This document shows positions 50,615-59,690 of a stretch of DNA of 64,000 nucleotides, in pieces (within the stretch, counting starts at the first letter, position 1; the number at the start of each line of letters is the position of its first letter). The stretch is from Candidatus Helarchaeota archaeon. GTDB taxonomy: Archaea > Asgardarchaeota > Lokiarchaeia > Helarchaeales > RDOG01. The position numbers and the translations under genes were made by a program. The DNA lies in contig JAHPZH010000003.1 in assembly GCA_019058315.1 (NCBI GenBank), positions 492,451 through 556,450 on the forward strand, read 5' to 3'. Under the pieces are notes generated by a model that made no database searches, was not told the DNA's origin, and was given only the letters and a program-made list of their open reading frames with translations.

Positions 50615-52123
50615 TCACTCACTATACATTCCTAAATTATATTTTCCCGGAGAAAGGATTCCTCGTGGATCTAAAGTTTGTTTAATATTTCTCAAAAAAT
50701 TAAGAAATTGTCCTGAAAATCCTCCTGTTCTTATTAAAGATCTTGAATATCTCAATCCAGTCATATATGGCATAACACCCAATTTAATAGCAGCATCCAT
50801 AAAGCTATCCCATAATTCTCCATTTAATTTTCTATATTCGGGTTTATTCCATACTATTAAACCTATAGGAAACGATATAGTTGTGTGGTCACATAAACTA
50901 ATCATTCCCCCAGTTGCAGGAAAGGCCTTAACAGCTTGTAGTTTTTCACTATTTTCAAGTGTCCATTTAGATAAACCCTTTGTTAATTCTGGGTAGTTAT
51001 GCATAGCTATTCTACATTCTGCTGATTGTCCGGTACTTTCTGGCCCTAATGCCCCCCATATATGATGTGAAACTTGCCAATATTCGTTTTTATCATTATC
51101 CCATTTAAATATCTTTTTTTGGGCATCAATAGACTCAACACCTTTTTCTGCTAATGAAATCTCTTCTATTATCTTTGAATTTTCTTCTATAATATTTTCA
51201 TTCTCGCCTATTAATTTGTATTCTAGCATAGACCTTCCTTTTGGGTTGATACTTTTCATATTTTCATCTATGGGAGGGAGATCAGGGAGAATTTTAATTA
51301 TAGAAGCCTGAACTAATGGGGAATCCATGAACTCGGCTCTAAAAATCCCTAAGTATCCTTTTTTACGACAATTAAATAAAATTTTAAGTGCTACTTCTGC
51401 GGACTTTCTTCTTAATGTAAAAGACATGTGAGATCGGAATTTAGGCTTTGAGTAAATTTTTAAAATTGCCTCAGTTTTAATTCCCATTATTCCATTATCA
51501 CCTAAAAAGATACCTAAAAGGTCAGATACGAACCCAAACCTATTAAACGGGTTTTTTACATATTTACATTCGCCAGAGCCAGTTTCTATAATATCACCAT
51601 TTTTATTTGGTAATACAACCTTTAATCCTATACAATTCTTCGTTACAGGCCCATATATTGCAATACCCTCTCCATAACTATTATTGCTCAATCCTCCTCC
51701 TACGACAGCTGACATTCCACTATTAGGCCCCACGTTTCCAGTGTAATACCCTTTTTCCATTAAGAAAGTATTTAATTCTGCCCAAGTTATTCCACATTGG
51801 ACTCTAACAGTTAGATGGTCTTCATCGAGATTCAATATTTTATTCATTCTTGTTGTATCGATCACAATACCTCCAGGTTTATACGGGATAGCTCCTTGCT
51901 GAAGTCCAGCACCTCCACCTCTTGGAATTATTGGAATTCTCTCACTATATGCAATCTTAACAATCTCAGAGATTTCCTCTGAATTTTCCGGGCGTACAAC
52001 AAAGTCTGGGAGATTATCTTCAATAACGGAATTCATAGATCTTGAATAACTCTTTCTAATGTAATCTGCGTTAGAAACATATTTACTACTGACAATATCT
52101 CTTAAGGAATTGAGAATATTCAT
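50615..52123 (-). CDS. FAD-binding oxidoreductase, GlcD/VAO family (downstream copy)
   Basis: PDFVVRPEN, PRGGGAGL, VVGGGL, GIMGIKT, LDPRGILSPGK; start ATG 52123 behind GGAG (ORF track 52147). Confidence 0.9.
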   Translation of the reverse strand: MNILNSLRDIVSSKYVSNADYIRKSYSRSMNSVIEDNLPDFVVRPENSEEISEIVKIAYSERIPIIPRGGGAGLQQGAIPYKPGGIVIDTTRMNKILNLDEDHLTVRVQCGITWAELNTFLMEKGYYTGNVGPNSGMSAVVGGGLSNNSYGEGIAIYGPVTKNCIGLKVVLPNKNGDIIETGSGECKYVKNPFNRFGFVSDLLGIFLGDNGIMGIKTEAILKIYSKPKFRSHMSFTLRRKSAEVALKILFNCRKKGYLGIFRAEFMDSPLVQASIIKILPDLPPIDENMKSINPKGRSMLEYKLIGENENIIEENSKIIEEISLAEKGVESIDAQKKIFKWDNDKNEYWQVSHHIWGALGPESTGQSAECRIAMHNYPELTKGLSKWTLENSEKLQAVKAFPATGGMISLCDHTTISFPIGLIVWNKPEYRKLNGELWDSFMDAAIKLGVMPYMTGLRYSRSLIRTGGFSGQFLNFLRNIKQTLDPRGILSPGKYNLGMYSE

Positions 52124-52175
52124 GTTTATCTCCGATTTATAAAACATTTGGTTTGTTAAACATTTAAAAATCTAT

Positions 52176-52226
52176 TTATAATCTTTTCCATTTTAATTTC
52201 CTTAAATTAGTCAATTTAACCTTCAT
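52176..52226 (-). pseudogene. Relic 5' end of the CCG Fe-S gene left by the duplication (MKVKLTNLRKLKWKRL*)
   Basis: First 8 residues match MKVKLTNL of 49403-50608, at the same 6-nt gap after the oxidoreductase stop. Confidence 0.8.
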
Positions 52227-52232
52227 ATTATC

Positions 52233-53741
52233 TTACTCACTATACATTCCTAAGTTATATTTTCCCGGAGAAAGGATTCCTCGTGGATCTAAAGATTGTT
52301 TAATAGTTCTCAAAAAATTAAGAAATTGTTCTGAAAATGCTCCTGTTCTTATTAAAGATCTTGAATATCTCAATCCAGTCATATATGGCATAACACCCAA
52401 TTTAATAGCAGCATCCATAAAGCTATCCCATAATTCTCCATTTAATTTTCTATATTCGGGTTTATTCCATACTATTAAACCTATAGGAAACGATATAGTT
52501 GTGTGGTCACATAAACTAATCATTCCCCCAGTTGCAGGAAAGGCCTTAACAGCTTGTAGTTTTTCACTATTTTCAAGTGTCCATTTAGATAAACCCTTTG
52601 TTAATTCTGGGTAGTTATGCATAGCTATTCTACATTCTGCTGATTGTCCGGTACTTTCTGGCCCTAATGCCCCCCATATATGATGTGAAACTTGCCAATA
52701 TTCGTTTTTATCATTATCCCATTTAAATATCTTTTTTTGGGCATCAATAGACTCAACACCTTTTTCTGCTAATGAAATCTCCTCTATTATCTTGTTATTT
52801 TCTTCTATAATATTTTCATTCTCGCCTATTAATATGTATTCTAGCATAGACCTTCCTTTTGGGTTTATAATTTTCAAATTCTCATCTAAGGGAGGGATGT
52901 CAGGGAGAATTTTAATCATGGAAGCCCGAACTAAAGAGGAATCTACGAAACCGGCTCTAAAAATCCCTAAGTATCCTTTTTTACGACAATTGAATAAAAT
53001 TTTAAGTGCTACTTCTGCGGACTTTCTTTTTAATGTAAAGGACATGTGAGCTTTGAATTTCGGCTTTGAGTAAATTTTTAAAATTGCCTCAGTTTTAATT
53101 CCCATTATTCCATTATCACCTAAAAAGATACCTAAAAGGTCAGATACGAACCCAAACCTATTAAACGGGTTTTTTACATATTTACATTCGCCAGAGCCAG
53201 TTTCTATAATATCACCATTTTTATTTGGTAATACAACCTTTAATCCTATACAATTCTTCGTTACAGGCCCATATATTGCAATACCCTCTCCATAACTATT
53301 ATTGCTCAATCCTCCTCCTACGACAGCTGACATTCCACTATTAGGCCCCACGTTTCCAGTGTAATACCCTTTTTCCATTAAGAAAGTATTTAATTCTGCC
53401 CAAGTTATTCCACATTGGACTCTAACAGTTAGATGGTCTTCATCGAGATTCAATATTTTATTCATTCTTGTTGTATCGATCACAATACCTCCAGGTTTAT
53501 ACGGGATAGCTCCTTGCTGAAGTCCAGCACCTCCACCTCTTGGAATTATTGGAATTCTCTCACTATATGCAATCTTAACAATCTCAGAGATTTCCTCTGA
53601 ATTTTCCGGGCGTACAACAAAGTCTGGGAGATTATCTTCAATAACGGAATTCATAGATCTTGAATAACTCTTTCTAATGTAATCTGCGTTAGAAACATAT
53701 TTACTACTGACAATATCTCTTAAGGAATTGAGAATATTCAT
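52233..53741 (-). CDS. FAD-binding oxidoreductase, GlcD/VAO family (upstream copy)
   Basis: Near-identical to 50615-52123 (18 aa differences counted by eye); start ATG 53741 or 53747. Confidence 0.9.
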   Translation of the reverse strand: MNILNSLRDIVSSKYVSNADYIRKSYSRSMNSVIEDNLPDFVVRPENSEEISEIVKIAYSERIPIIPRGGGAGLQQGAIPYKPGGIVIDTTRMNKILNLDEDHLTVRVQCGITWAELNTFLMEKGYYTGNVGPNSGMSAVVGGGLSNNSYGEGIAIYGPVTKNCIGLKVVLPNKNGDIIETGSGECKYVKNPFNRFGFVSDLLGIFLGDNGIMGIKTEAILKIYSKPKFKAHMSFTLKRKSAEVALKILFNCRKKGYLGIFRAGFVDSSLVRASMIKILPDIPPLDENLKIINPKGRSMLEYILIGENENIIEENNKIIEEISLAEKGVESIDAQKKIFKWDNDKNEYWQVSHHIWGALGPESTGQSAECRIAMHNYPELTKGLSKWTLENSEKLQAVKAFPATGGMISLCDHTTISFPIGLIVWNKPEYRKLNGELWDSFMDAAIKLGVMPYMTGLRYSRSLIRTGAFSEQFLNFLRTIKQSLDPRGILSPGKYNLGMYSE

Positions 53742-53949
53742 ATTCATCTCCTATTTATAAAAAATTTGATTTGTCAAACATTTGATTTACTTAACGTTTA
53801 AAAATCTATGTCCAGTCCAAATGAATAGTTTTAACGTTATTCGAAATATTTTATAGTTTTGGCGATGTTATTACTATATTAATCGAAACGGGTTTAGAAA
53901 AAAACCAATAAAATTAATAAAAATTTAAATATACTAATGATTTTGTCAC

Positions 53950-54147
53950 TTATTTTTCTATTAGATCCATTCCGCATAAAGGACAGTGATATGGGGCAAA
54001 AGGTGGTGGATTAAATAATATCAACTTGCCTTCTTCCTCCATTTGTTTTCGTAAATCATTCAATGCCTTATCCGGTACTGCAGAATGACTAACTCCATAA
54101 ATCACGACTTCTTTTTTGCAATTTTGACAATATAACATATTATTCAT
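53950..54147 (-). CDS. Small Zn-ribbon protein
   Basis: CQNC near the N-terminus and CPLC near the C-terminus; 65 aa, co-oriented with neighbours. Confidence 0.7.
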   Translation of the reverse strand: MNNMLYCQNCKKEVVIYGVSHSAVPDKALNDLRKQMEEEGKLILFNPPPFAPYHCPLCGMDLIEK

Positions 54148-54188
54148 CTTTAGTGTTTGTTTATTTAAAGTAATTTTCTCAGTTAAGG

Positions 54189-55316
54189 TTATCTATAATA
54201 GTCCAAAAAAAATTCATTATATTTTTTATGTCTATTAATTTCTTCCCCTTTTTCGGTTAGTGGTTTCATACATAAAATGTAAAAATTACGGTCACTTATG
54301 AATTTCAACTTTCTAAATACTTTCATTTCATGCTGACAGCTTGTTATATGCGTTGCGAAAACGCTAGGGACTAAATTTCTTATTTTGCGAAGAATACAAC
54401 TAATAAAATCGATTTTTTGTTCCATATCCATATCTTCATGAAATCCGGCACTTGTTAAAAGGGCAACTGGTAACGTTAATAATTCATCTTCTTCATATTT
54501 GGCCGTGACAATTTCAATTCGATTATTAATTACAGCTTTTATTTCATTTTTTTCTTCTAGAATCCAAGAATAAAAATTATGCGGATCACCAAATAATGAA
54601 TTTAATAAATAAGTATTCTTATGATGTTTTTCATACCTTTTTAGTTCGTAAATTGTCGAAAGTGGAACTCTTGATTGGTAAGAATTAATGAGATCTATAA
54701 TTTTGGGATAATCTTCTATTTGGGCATCTCGGACTTTACCTTCTATATTAAATTCTGGAATATGAGAATATAAAGAAGCGATTTTTACCAATACAGGATT
54801 TACTTTGAAATCTTCCCTTAAAGCTTGTAGTCCTTGTTCTTCCATTAATTTAAGCAGATGTTTGTTTTTGCTATAGCTTTTAAAATCAAAGTGTTCCTTT
54901 AATAATTTATCACCAAAACGCCCTTTTTCTGGAAATGCCATTAAAAAATCAATTTTTTCTTCGATTGCTTTTTCAATCAATTTATTTAACAAAGCTTTTG
55001 CTATACCCTGACGTCTATATTCGGGATCTACAGCACATAACCCAAGATTTAATGCCTCAAACCGCAATTCATTATCCAGCATTATAGATTCTTGGTGTCC
55101 AAATAGTGTGCCGATTAATTTTTCTCCTTTATAAGCTCCAAAAATGAAATTTTTGGATACTTCACTTAATACGACGTCAAAATAAAATTTCGCATATTTT
55201 TCGCTCCATGGCATAGCCCCAGCTTCGACATATTCCCAAAAATATGTTTTATTAAGAACTTCTGCAATTTTAATAATTGGAAATGGTTCGACAATCCTTT
55301 TTACTTCGAAATCCAT
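54189..55316 (-). CDS. Tandem-GNAT acyltransferase, N-myristoyltransferase-like
   Basis: [16 protein letters not shown] motif A; second GNAT begins [19 protein letters not shown]; several segments parallel recalled NMT motifs. Confidence 0.8.
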   Translation of the reverse strand: [375 protein letters not shown]

Positions 55317-55352
55317 TCTCGATTCACAAATATCTATTTTATAGGGAAATTA

Positions 55353-57386
55353 TTATAGATTTGGTTTACCATATTGGTCTCTAACCTTTGCCCTAAGAAC
55401 CTTCCCTACCGGTGATATAGGAAACTCTTCTGCAAAAACTACTGTCTTAGGTTTTTTATAACTTGCCATTTTCCCTCTACAGAACTCGATAATTTCTTCT
55501 TCGGTTATATCTTGATGTGGCTTAAGACCCTTTTTGGGAATAATAACAGCTCTTACAGCAGACCCCCACTCTTCGTCAGGAACTCCAATTACAACCACCT
55601 CGCTTATTTTAGGGTGTTGAATTAGAATTTCTTCTACCTCTAGAGGATAAATTTTTTCAGCACCACTAGTAATGCATTCTTTCAATCTCTCAACTAAAAA
55701 TAAATCACCATCCTTTCGGTATCCAAGATCTCCACCACGAAACCACCCATCTTTAAAAGCGGCTTTGGTTTTTTCCGGATTTTTATAGTATTCTTTCATA
55801 ATAGTGACACTTTTATACCATAGTTCACCGATTTCACCATCTTTTACATCTTCTCCAGTTTCAGGATCGACTATTCTCACTTCTAAGCCATCTATTTCAT
55901 GCCCGATTGATCTTTCAACAACTTGATCTGGGGTTGCATCAAGTCTTAATGAAATAATTGGAGACATTTCAGTCTGACCAAATCCATCAATAATTAAAGC
56001 ATTTGGAAGTAAATTTAGAAGAAGTTTTTTATATTTACCTCTAAATAAAGATCCCCCAGAAATTGCTACTTTTAATGAACTAAGATCAAATTTATTAATA
56101 TCGGGATATTCTAAAAGTCTTTTCCACATTGTTGGTACCATCATCAAAGATCTAATCCCTTGTTTTTCAACGAGTTCCAATATTTCTCTTATATCAAACT
56201 TTTTTGAAACAGGAAAAATCAATGGTTGACCAAAAAGTATCCAAGTAACTATACCGCTGACATATGCCGCAGAGTGGAAGAAGGGGGGCATATATAATGA
56301 TGGTGTTAGTATTTCAACCTTTCTACTTAGCATTGACTTTATTACTGCACTTCTTAATTCTTTATCACCTTCAAGCTTAATTCCTCCTGTTATTAGTCGC
56401 TTAATAGCAGGGAACAACATTTTAAGTCTTCCCACTCTGCTATATGCCAATGGAAATGTTTTAGCGGTTGAACGAATTTGTTTGCCAATTTCATAATAAA
56501 TTTTCAGGTCGGTCTTAAAATCAGGCATACCACTGAACATTTTAATTTTTTCTGTACCATCATCATCGGTTTTAGTAGTCATTGTTAATGGGGGAAGTTT
56601 TACACCTTTACTAGTTTCTGTTATCAGAAGCAAAGATTTACCTTTCAGAGTTTCGACATCTAAATCAACTAATGCTGCACCCATTCCCATAGAATCCATA
56701 ACTTCACCCATTTTACGTTGAAATGCATTTTTTGCGAATTTTTCTTCATGGAACTCTGAAATAGGGGGAAGAAAACTAGCTAGAAATGTGGTGGTCATTT
56801 CTAAATTAGAAATAAAGTTGTCATAAGTTAAAACTACACCTTTTGGACGACCTGTTGTTCCTCCTGTAAAACAGATTAGAGCCTCATCGAACTCTGAGAA
56901 TTTGCCTTTAACGTTTACTTTTCTTTTGCTTGATTTTTTAATTAATTCCTCATAATCAATCCAATTAGAGGGTAAATTATTACCATTACAAATAAATGCC
57001 TTAACCTTACTTAATTCTGATCTAATTTTTTCAATTTCCTCCAAATAATCTTGATCGATTATTAAAGCAACTGCATCACAATGATTTATAGCAAAACTGT
57101 ATTCTAAATGAGAATACATGTAATTTAAAGGAACTGCGACAGCACCGAAAGCTTGAATTGCTAAATGCGTCTCTAAAAATTCTGGTCCATTTCTAAAAAC
57201 AAAAGCTACTTTGTTATATTTTTTAACACCCAATTTTTTTAATGCATTCCCAAGCCGGTTTACTCTTTCTGCGAATTGTTTCCAAGTAATTTCTTGATCA
57301 CCACGAACTAATGCCACCCTATCTTTTGGATAATGACGGGCTTTTATATCAACATATTCTTTAAAAGGAGCTTTTCCCAAGTGCAT
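55353..57386 (-). CDS. Acyl-CoA ligase (AMP-forming) with an approximately 150-aa SCP2-like insertion
   Basis: FTGGTTGRPKG, GFGQTE, RGGD, ERLKE, PISPVGK; 677 aa against 552/564 aa for the two paralogs here. Confidence 0.9.
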   Translation of the reverse strand: MHLGKAPFKEYVDIKARHYPKDRVALVRGDQEITWKQFAERVNRLGNALKKLGVKKYNKVAFVFRNGPEFLETHLAIQAFGAVAVPLNYMYSHLEYSFAINHCDAVALIIDQDYLEEIEKIRSELSKVKAFICNGNNLPSNWIDYEELIKKSSKRKVNVKGKFSEFDEALICFTGGTTGRPKGVVLTYDNFISNLEMTTTFLASFLPPISEFHEEKFAKNAFQRKMGEVMDSMGMGAALVDLDVETLKGKSLLLITETSKGVKLPPLTMTTKTDDDGTEKIKMFSGMPDFKTDLKIYYEIGKQIRSTAKTFPLAYSRVGRLKMLFPAIKRLITGGIKLEGDKELRSAVIKSMLSRKVEILTPSLYMPPFFHSAAYVSGIVTWILFGQPLIFPVSKKFDIREILELVEKQGIRSLMMVPTMWKRLLEYPDINKFDLSSLKVAISGGSLFRGKYKKLLLNLLPNALIIDGFGQTEMSPIISLRLDATPDQVVERSIGHEIDGLEVRIVDPETGEDVKDGEIGELWYKSVTIMKEYYKNPEKTKAAFKDGWFRGGDLGYRKDGDLFLVERLKECITSGAEKIYPLEVEEILIQHPKISEVVVIGVPDEEWGSAVRAVIIPKKGLKPHQDITEEEIIEFCRGKMASYKKPKTVVFAEEFPISPVGKVLRAKVRDQYGKPNL

Positions 57387-57450
57387 ACCTCATTTATATA
57401 AATTTAATATTAATTATTGAAATACTGAGATTAAATAATTAGTTTTTAGG

Positions 57451-58116
57451 TTATTTTAATGCTTTGAAAATAGACTTTCCCATCTTAATAGCATCTTCAT
57501 CCAAAAACTTTATTTTACCCATCATATTTGCCATGAAATATATTTGAGCAGTTTTTTCTAATAACTCACAAGATAGAAATGCACGTCTCATGTTTTTTCC
57601 AAAACCTAATGAGCCGTGATTCCTAATAATTATCGCCAAGCTTGTTTTATTGATAACTTCACTGATGTGTTTTGCTAGCTCGGTTGATCCAGATCGATTA
57701 TACTCAGAGGTTATTACAATTGGATGACCTAGAAAAAAAACTTGATCATCGAGTATAGCAGGAAGAGAATCTTCGAGGACTAAGCCTATAGCTGTAGAAT
57801 AGACTGGATGATAATGAATGATAGCATTTACGTCTTTTCTAGCTTTGTAAATGGCCATATGTAAGTAAGTTTCAGATGAGGCAGTTAAATTACCTTCAAT
57901 TACCTCGAATTTTCCACTTTCGTCAGAAAAATCAATTACTAACATATCATCAATCATGTAATCTTCAATATCTTTTCCGCTGGGGGTTCCAATCATCTTG
58001 GTTCCTTTTTTTTCTGTCCTTAGTGTTAAATTTCCAGAAGAACCAAGCGTTAAACCTTTAGCAAGGAGTTTTTTTGCAGCTTCAAATACGATCTTTTTCT
58101 GTTCTTCATACAACAA
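57451..58116 (-). CDS. Class II aldolase/adducin family (FucA/AraD-like)
   Basis: SSGNL, TPSG, SSE..H, IHYHP, RNHG. Confidence 0.92.
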   Translation of the reverse strand: MLYEEQKKIVFEAAKKLLAKGLTLGSSGNLTLRTEKKGTKMIGTPSGKDIEDYMIDDMLVIDFSDESGKFEVIEGNLTASSETYLHMAIYKARKDVNAIIHYHPVYSTAIGLVLEDSLPAILDDQVFFLGHPIVITSEYNRSGSTELAKHISEVINKTSLAIIIRNHGSLGFGKNMRRAFLSCELLEKTAQIYFMANMMGKIKFLDEDAIKMGKSIFKALK

Positions 58117-58142
58117 AATACACCCTTAAAATAAAGTACTAA

Positions 58143-59663
58143 TTATCTAATTTTAAGAAATTGATTATAGATTTTTTTCCATTTTTTGAATAATTTACGA
58201 TAGGTTTTAGTTAAAATTTTATCGGGTTTGACTGTTTTTTCTAAATGAACCATATTATTTACAGCTTCATCAAAATTTTTATAAATCCCAGCACCAATTG
58301 ATGCCAAAATTGCACTTCCTAATGCCGTTCCTTCCTTAATTTTGAATATTTTGATTGGATTTCCGAGAACATTGGTTAATATAGTTGCAAAAATATTACT
58401 TCTTGCCTGTCCTCCTGTAAGTGCAATATCTTCTTCACCAACTTTTAACCCTGAGATTTCTTCGACTTGTTCTGCATTAGCTTTAATAATATATGCCATA
58501 TTTTCTAATAGCCCTCTACAAATTTCAGCCTGAAATATTTCTGTTGAAATGATCGGTAATGGAATTAAAAATCCTCCATAGCCAATTTCTGCTAAATTTC
58601 CATAATTTGCAATGCTTCCCCCTAAATTCGCTAAAAAACCACCCGATCCTGGCGGAGCTTGCTCTGCTAATTTATCAATTTCGGGAAAATCTAGTTTAAA
58701 TATTTTTTTAAACCAGCGGAGGTTATGTCCAGTCTCTCCAGCGTCAGAGTCTATAACCCACATATTTGGAACTACATGGCAACCAGTCCAAATCCGATAA
58801 TTCATATCTATTTGTGCTTTATTTGTAACTATTTGAAAAGGAGTTGATGTTCCTGCTACAGCACAAGATTGTCCAGGTTTTATAGTTTTTGTTCCTAATA
58901 AGGCACATTGAGTGTCTGCACCACCTACGACCACTTTGATTTTTGCAGATATGCCCATTTGTTTTGCTATATCTGATTCAATTTCTTCAGCAATCAGACT
59001 TCCTGATTCTTTAAGATTGGGAGTGATTGTGTCTGGAATATCTAAAAGTTCCATCAATTCTTTTGACCATTTTCGACTATGAACATCCAAAAGCATGGAT
59101 TCACAAGCGTTTGATGGTTCCGAGACGTATTGCCCAGTCAGACGAAATAATATCCAATCATTTATCATTAGGAATTTATCTATTTTTTGATAAATTTCTG
59201 GTTTTTTATTTTTTATCCATGCCAATCTTGCAGGTACATAAATTATTGGAGGCATATGTCCTGTAATTTGTTGAATTTTTTCCTTATATTTTCCCTGCAT
59301 CTCCATGCCTTCCATAAATGCCCTAGCATCTACGTTTGGCATAGCATATAGCTCATTACCGTTCTTATCTAGAAAAACGCACCCATGGCGCATACTTGTT
59401 GATGATATAGCAACAATATCTTGATGGTTGATATTTGATTTCTTAATCGCTTGTTTGGTAAGATTGCATAAAATCTTCCAAAATATATCAGGATCGAAAT
59501 CTAGTTGGGGAACTTTATTATCACCAAAGGGTAACCAATTTTCATTATATTTCCATTCTTCAGAAGTATGTGAAATTAGTTCCCCAGTTATAGAAAAAAT
59601 TAAACAGCGTCCTGTACCTGTTCCAAAATCTAAAGTTAGTAGATATTCGGGCATTAAAACCAC
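58143..59663 (-). CDS. FGGY-family sugar kinase, LsrK-like
   Basis: LDFGTGTGR, TSMRHG, NVDARA, EPSNA, GGADTQ, AGTS, GGQARS, EGTALG. Confidence 0.9.
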   Translation of the reverse strand: MVLMPEYLLTLDFGTGTGRCLIFSITGELISHTSEEWKYNENWLPFGDNKVPQLDFDPDIFWKILCNLTKQAIKKSNINHQDIVAISSTSMRHGCVFLDKNGNELYAMPNVDARAFMEGMEMQGKYKEKIQQITGHMPPIIYVPARLAWIKNKKPEIYQKIDKFLMINDWILFRLTGQYVSEPSNACESMLLDVHSRKWSKELMELLDIPDTITPNLKESGSLIAEEIESDIAKQMGISAKIKVVVGGADTQCALLGTKTIKPGQSCAVAGTSTPFQIVTNKAQIDMNYRIWTGCHVVPNMWVIDSDAGETGHNLRWFKKIFKLDFPEIDKLAEQAPPGSGGFLANLGGSIANYGNLAEIGYGGFLIPLPIISTEIFQAEICRGLLENMAYIIKANAEQVEEISGLKVGEEDIALTGGQARSNIFATILTNVLGNPIKIFKIKEGTALGSAILASIGAGIYKNFDEAVNNMVHLEKTVKPDKILTKTYRKLFKKWKKIYNQFLKIR

Positions 59664-59690
59664 AAATTTTATAATCCGATAAGGATTTTT

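Larger units (their letters stand above)
50584..53809. repeat. Tandem direct duplication, period 1618 bp (units about 50584-52175 and 52202-53809)
   Basis: Stop codons at 50615/52233 and starts at 52123/53741 are both 1618 apart; flanks TTAAATTAGTCAATTTAACCTTCA and TTTAAAAATCTAT occur in both units. Confidence 0.95.

Noticed and set aside
50584-53809. Near-identical repeats with a variable patch as a diversity-generating retroelement TR/VR pair
   Set aside because: Whole-gene duplication, changes not confined to adenines, no reverse transcriptase in the window
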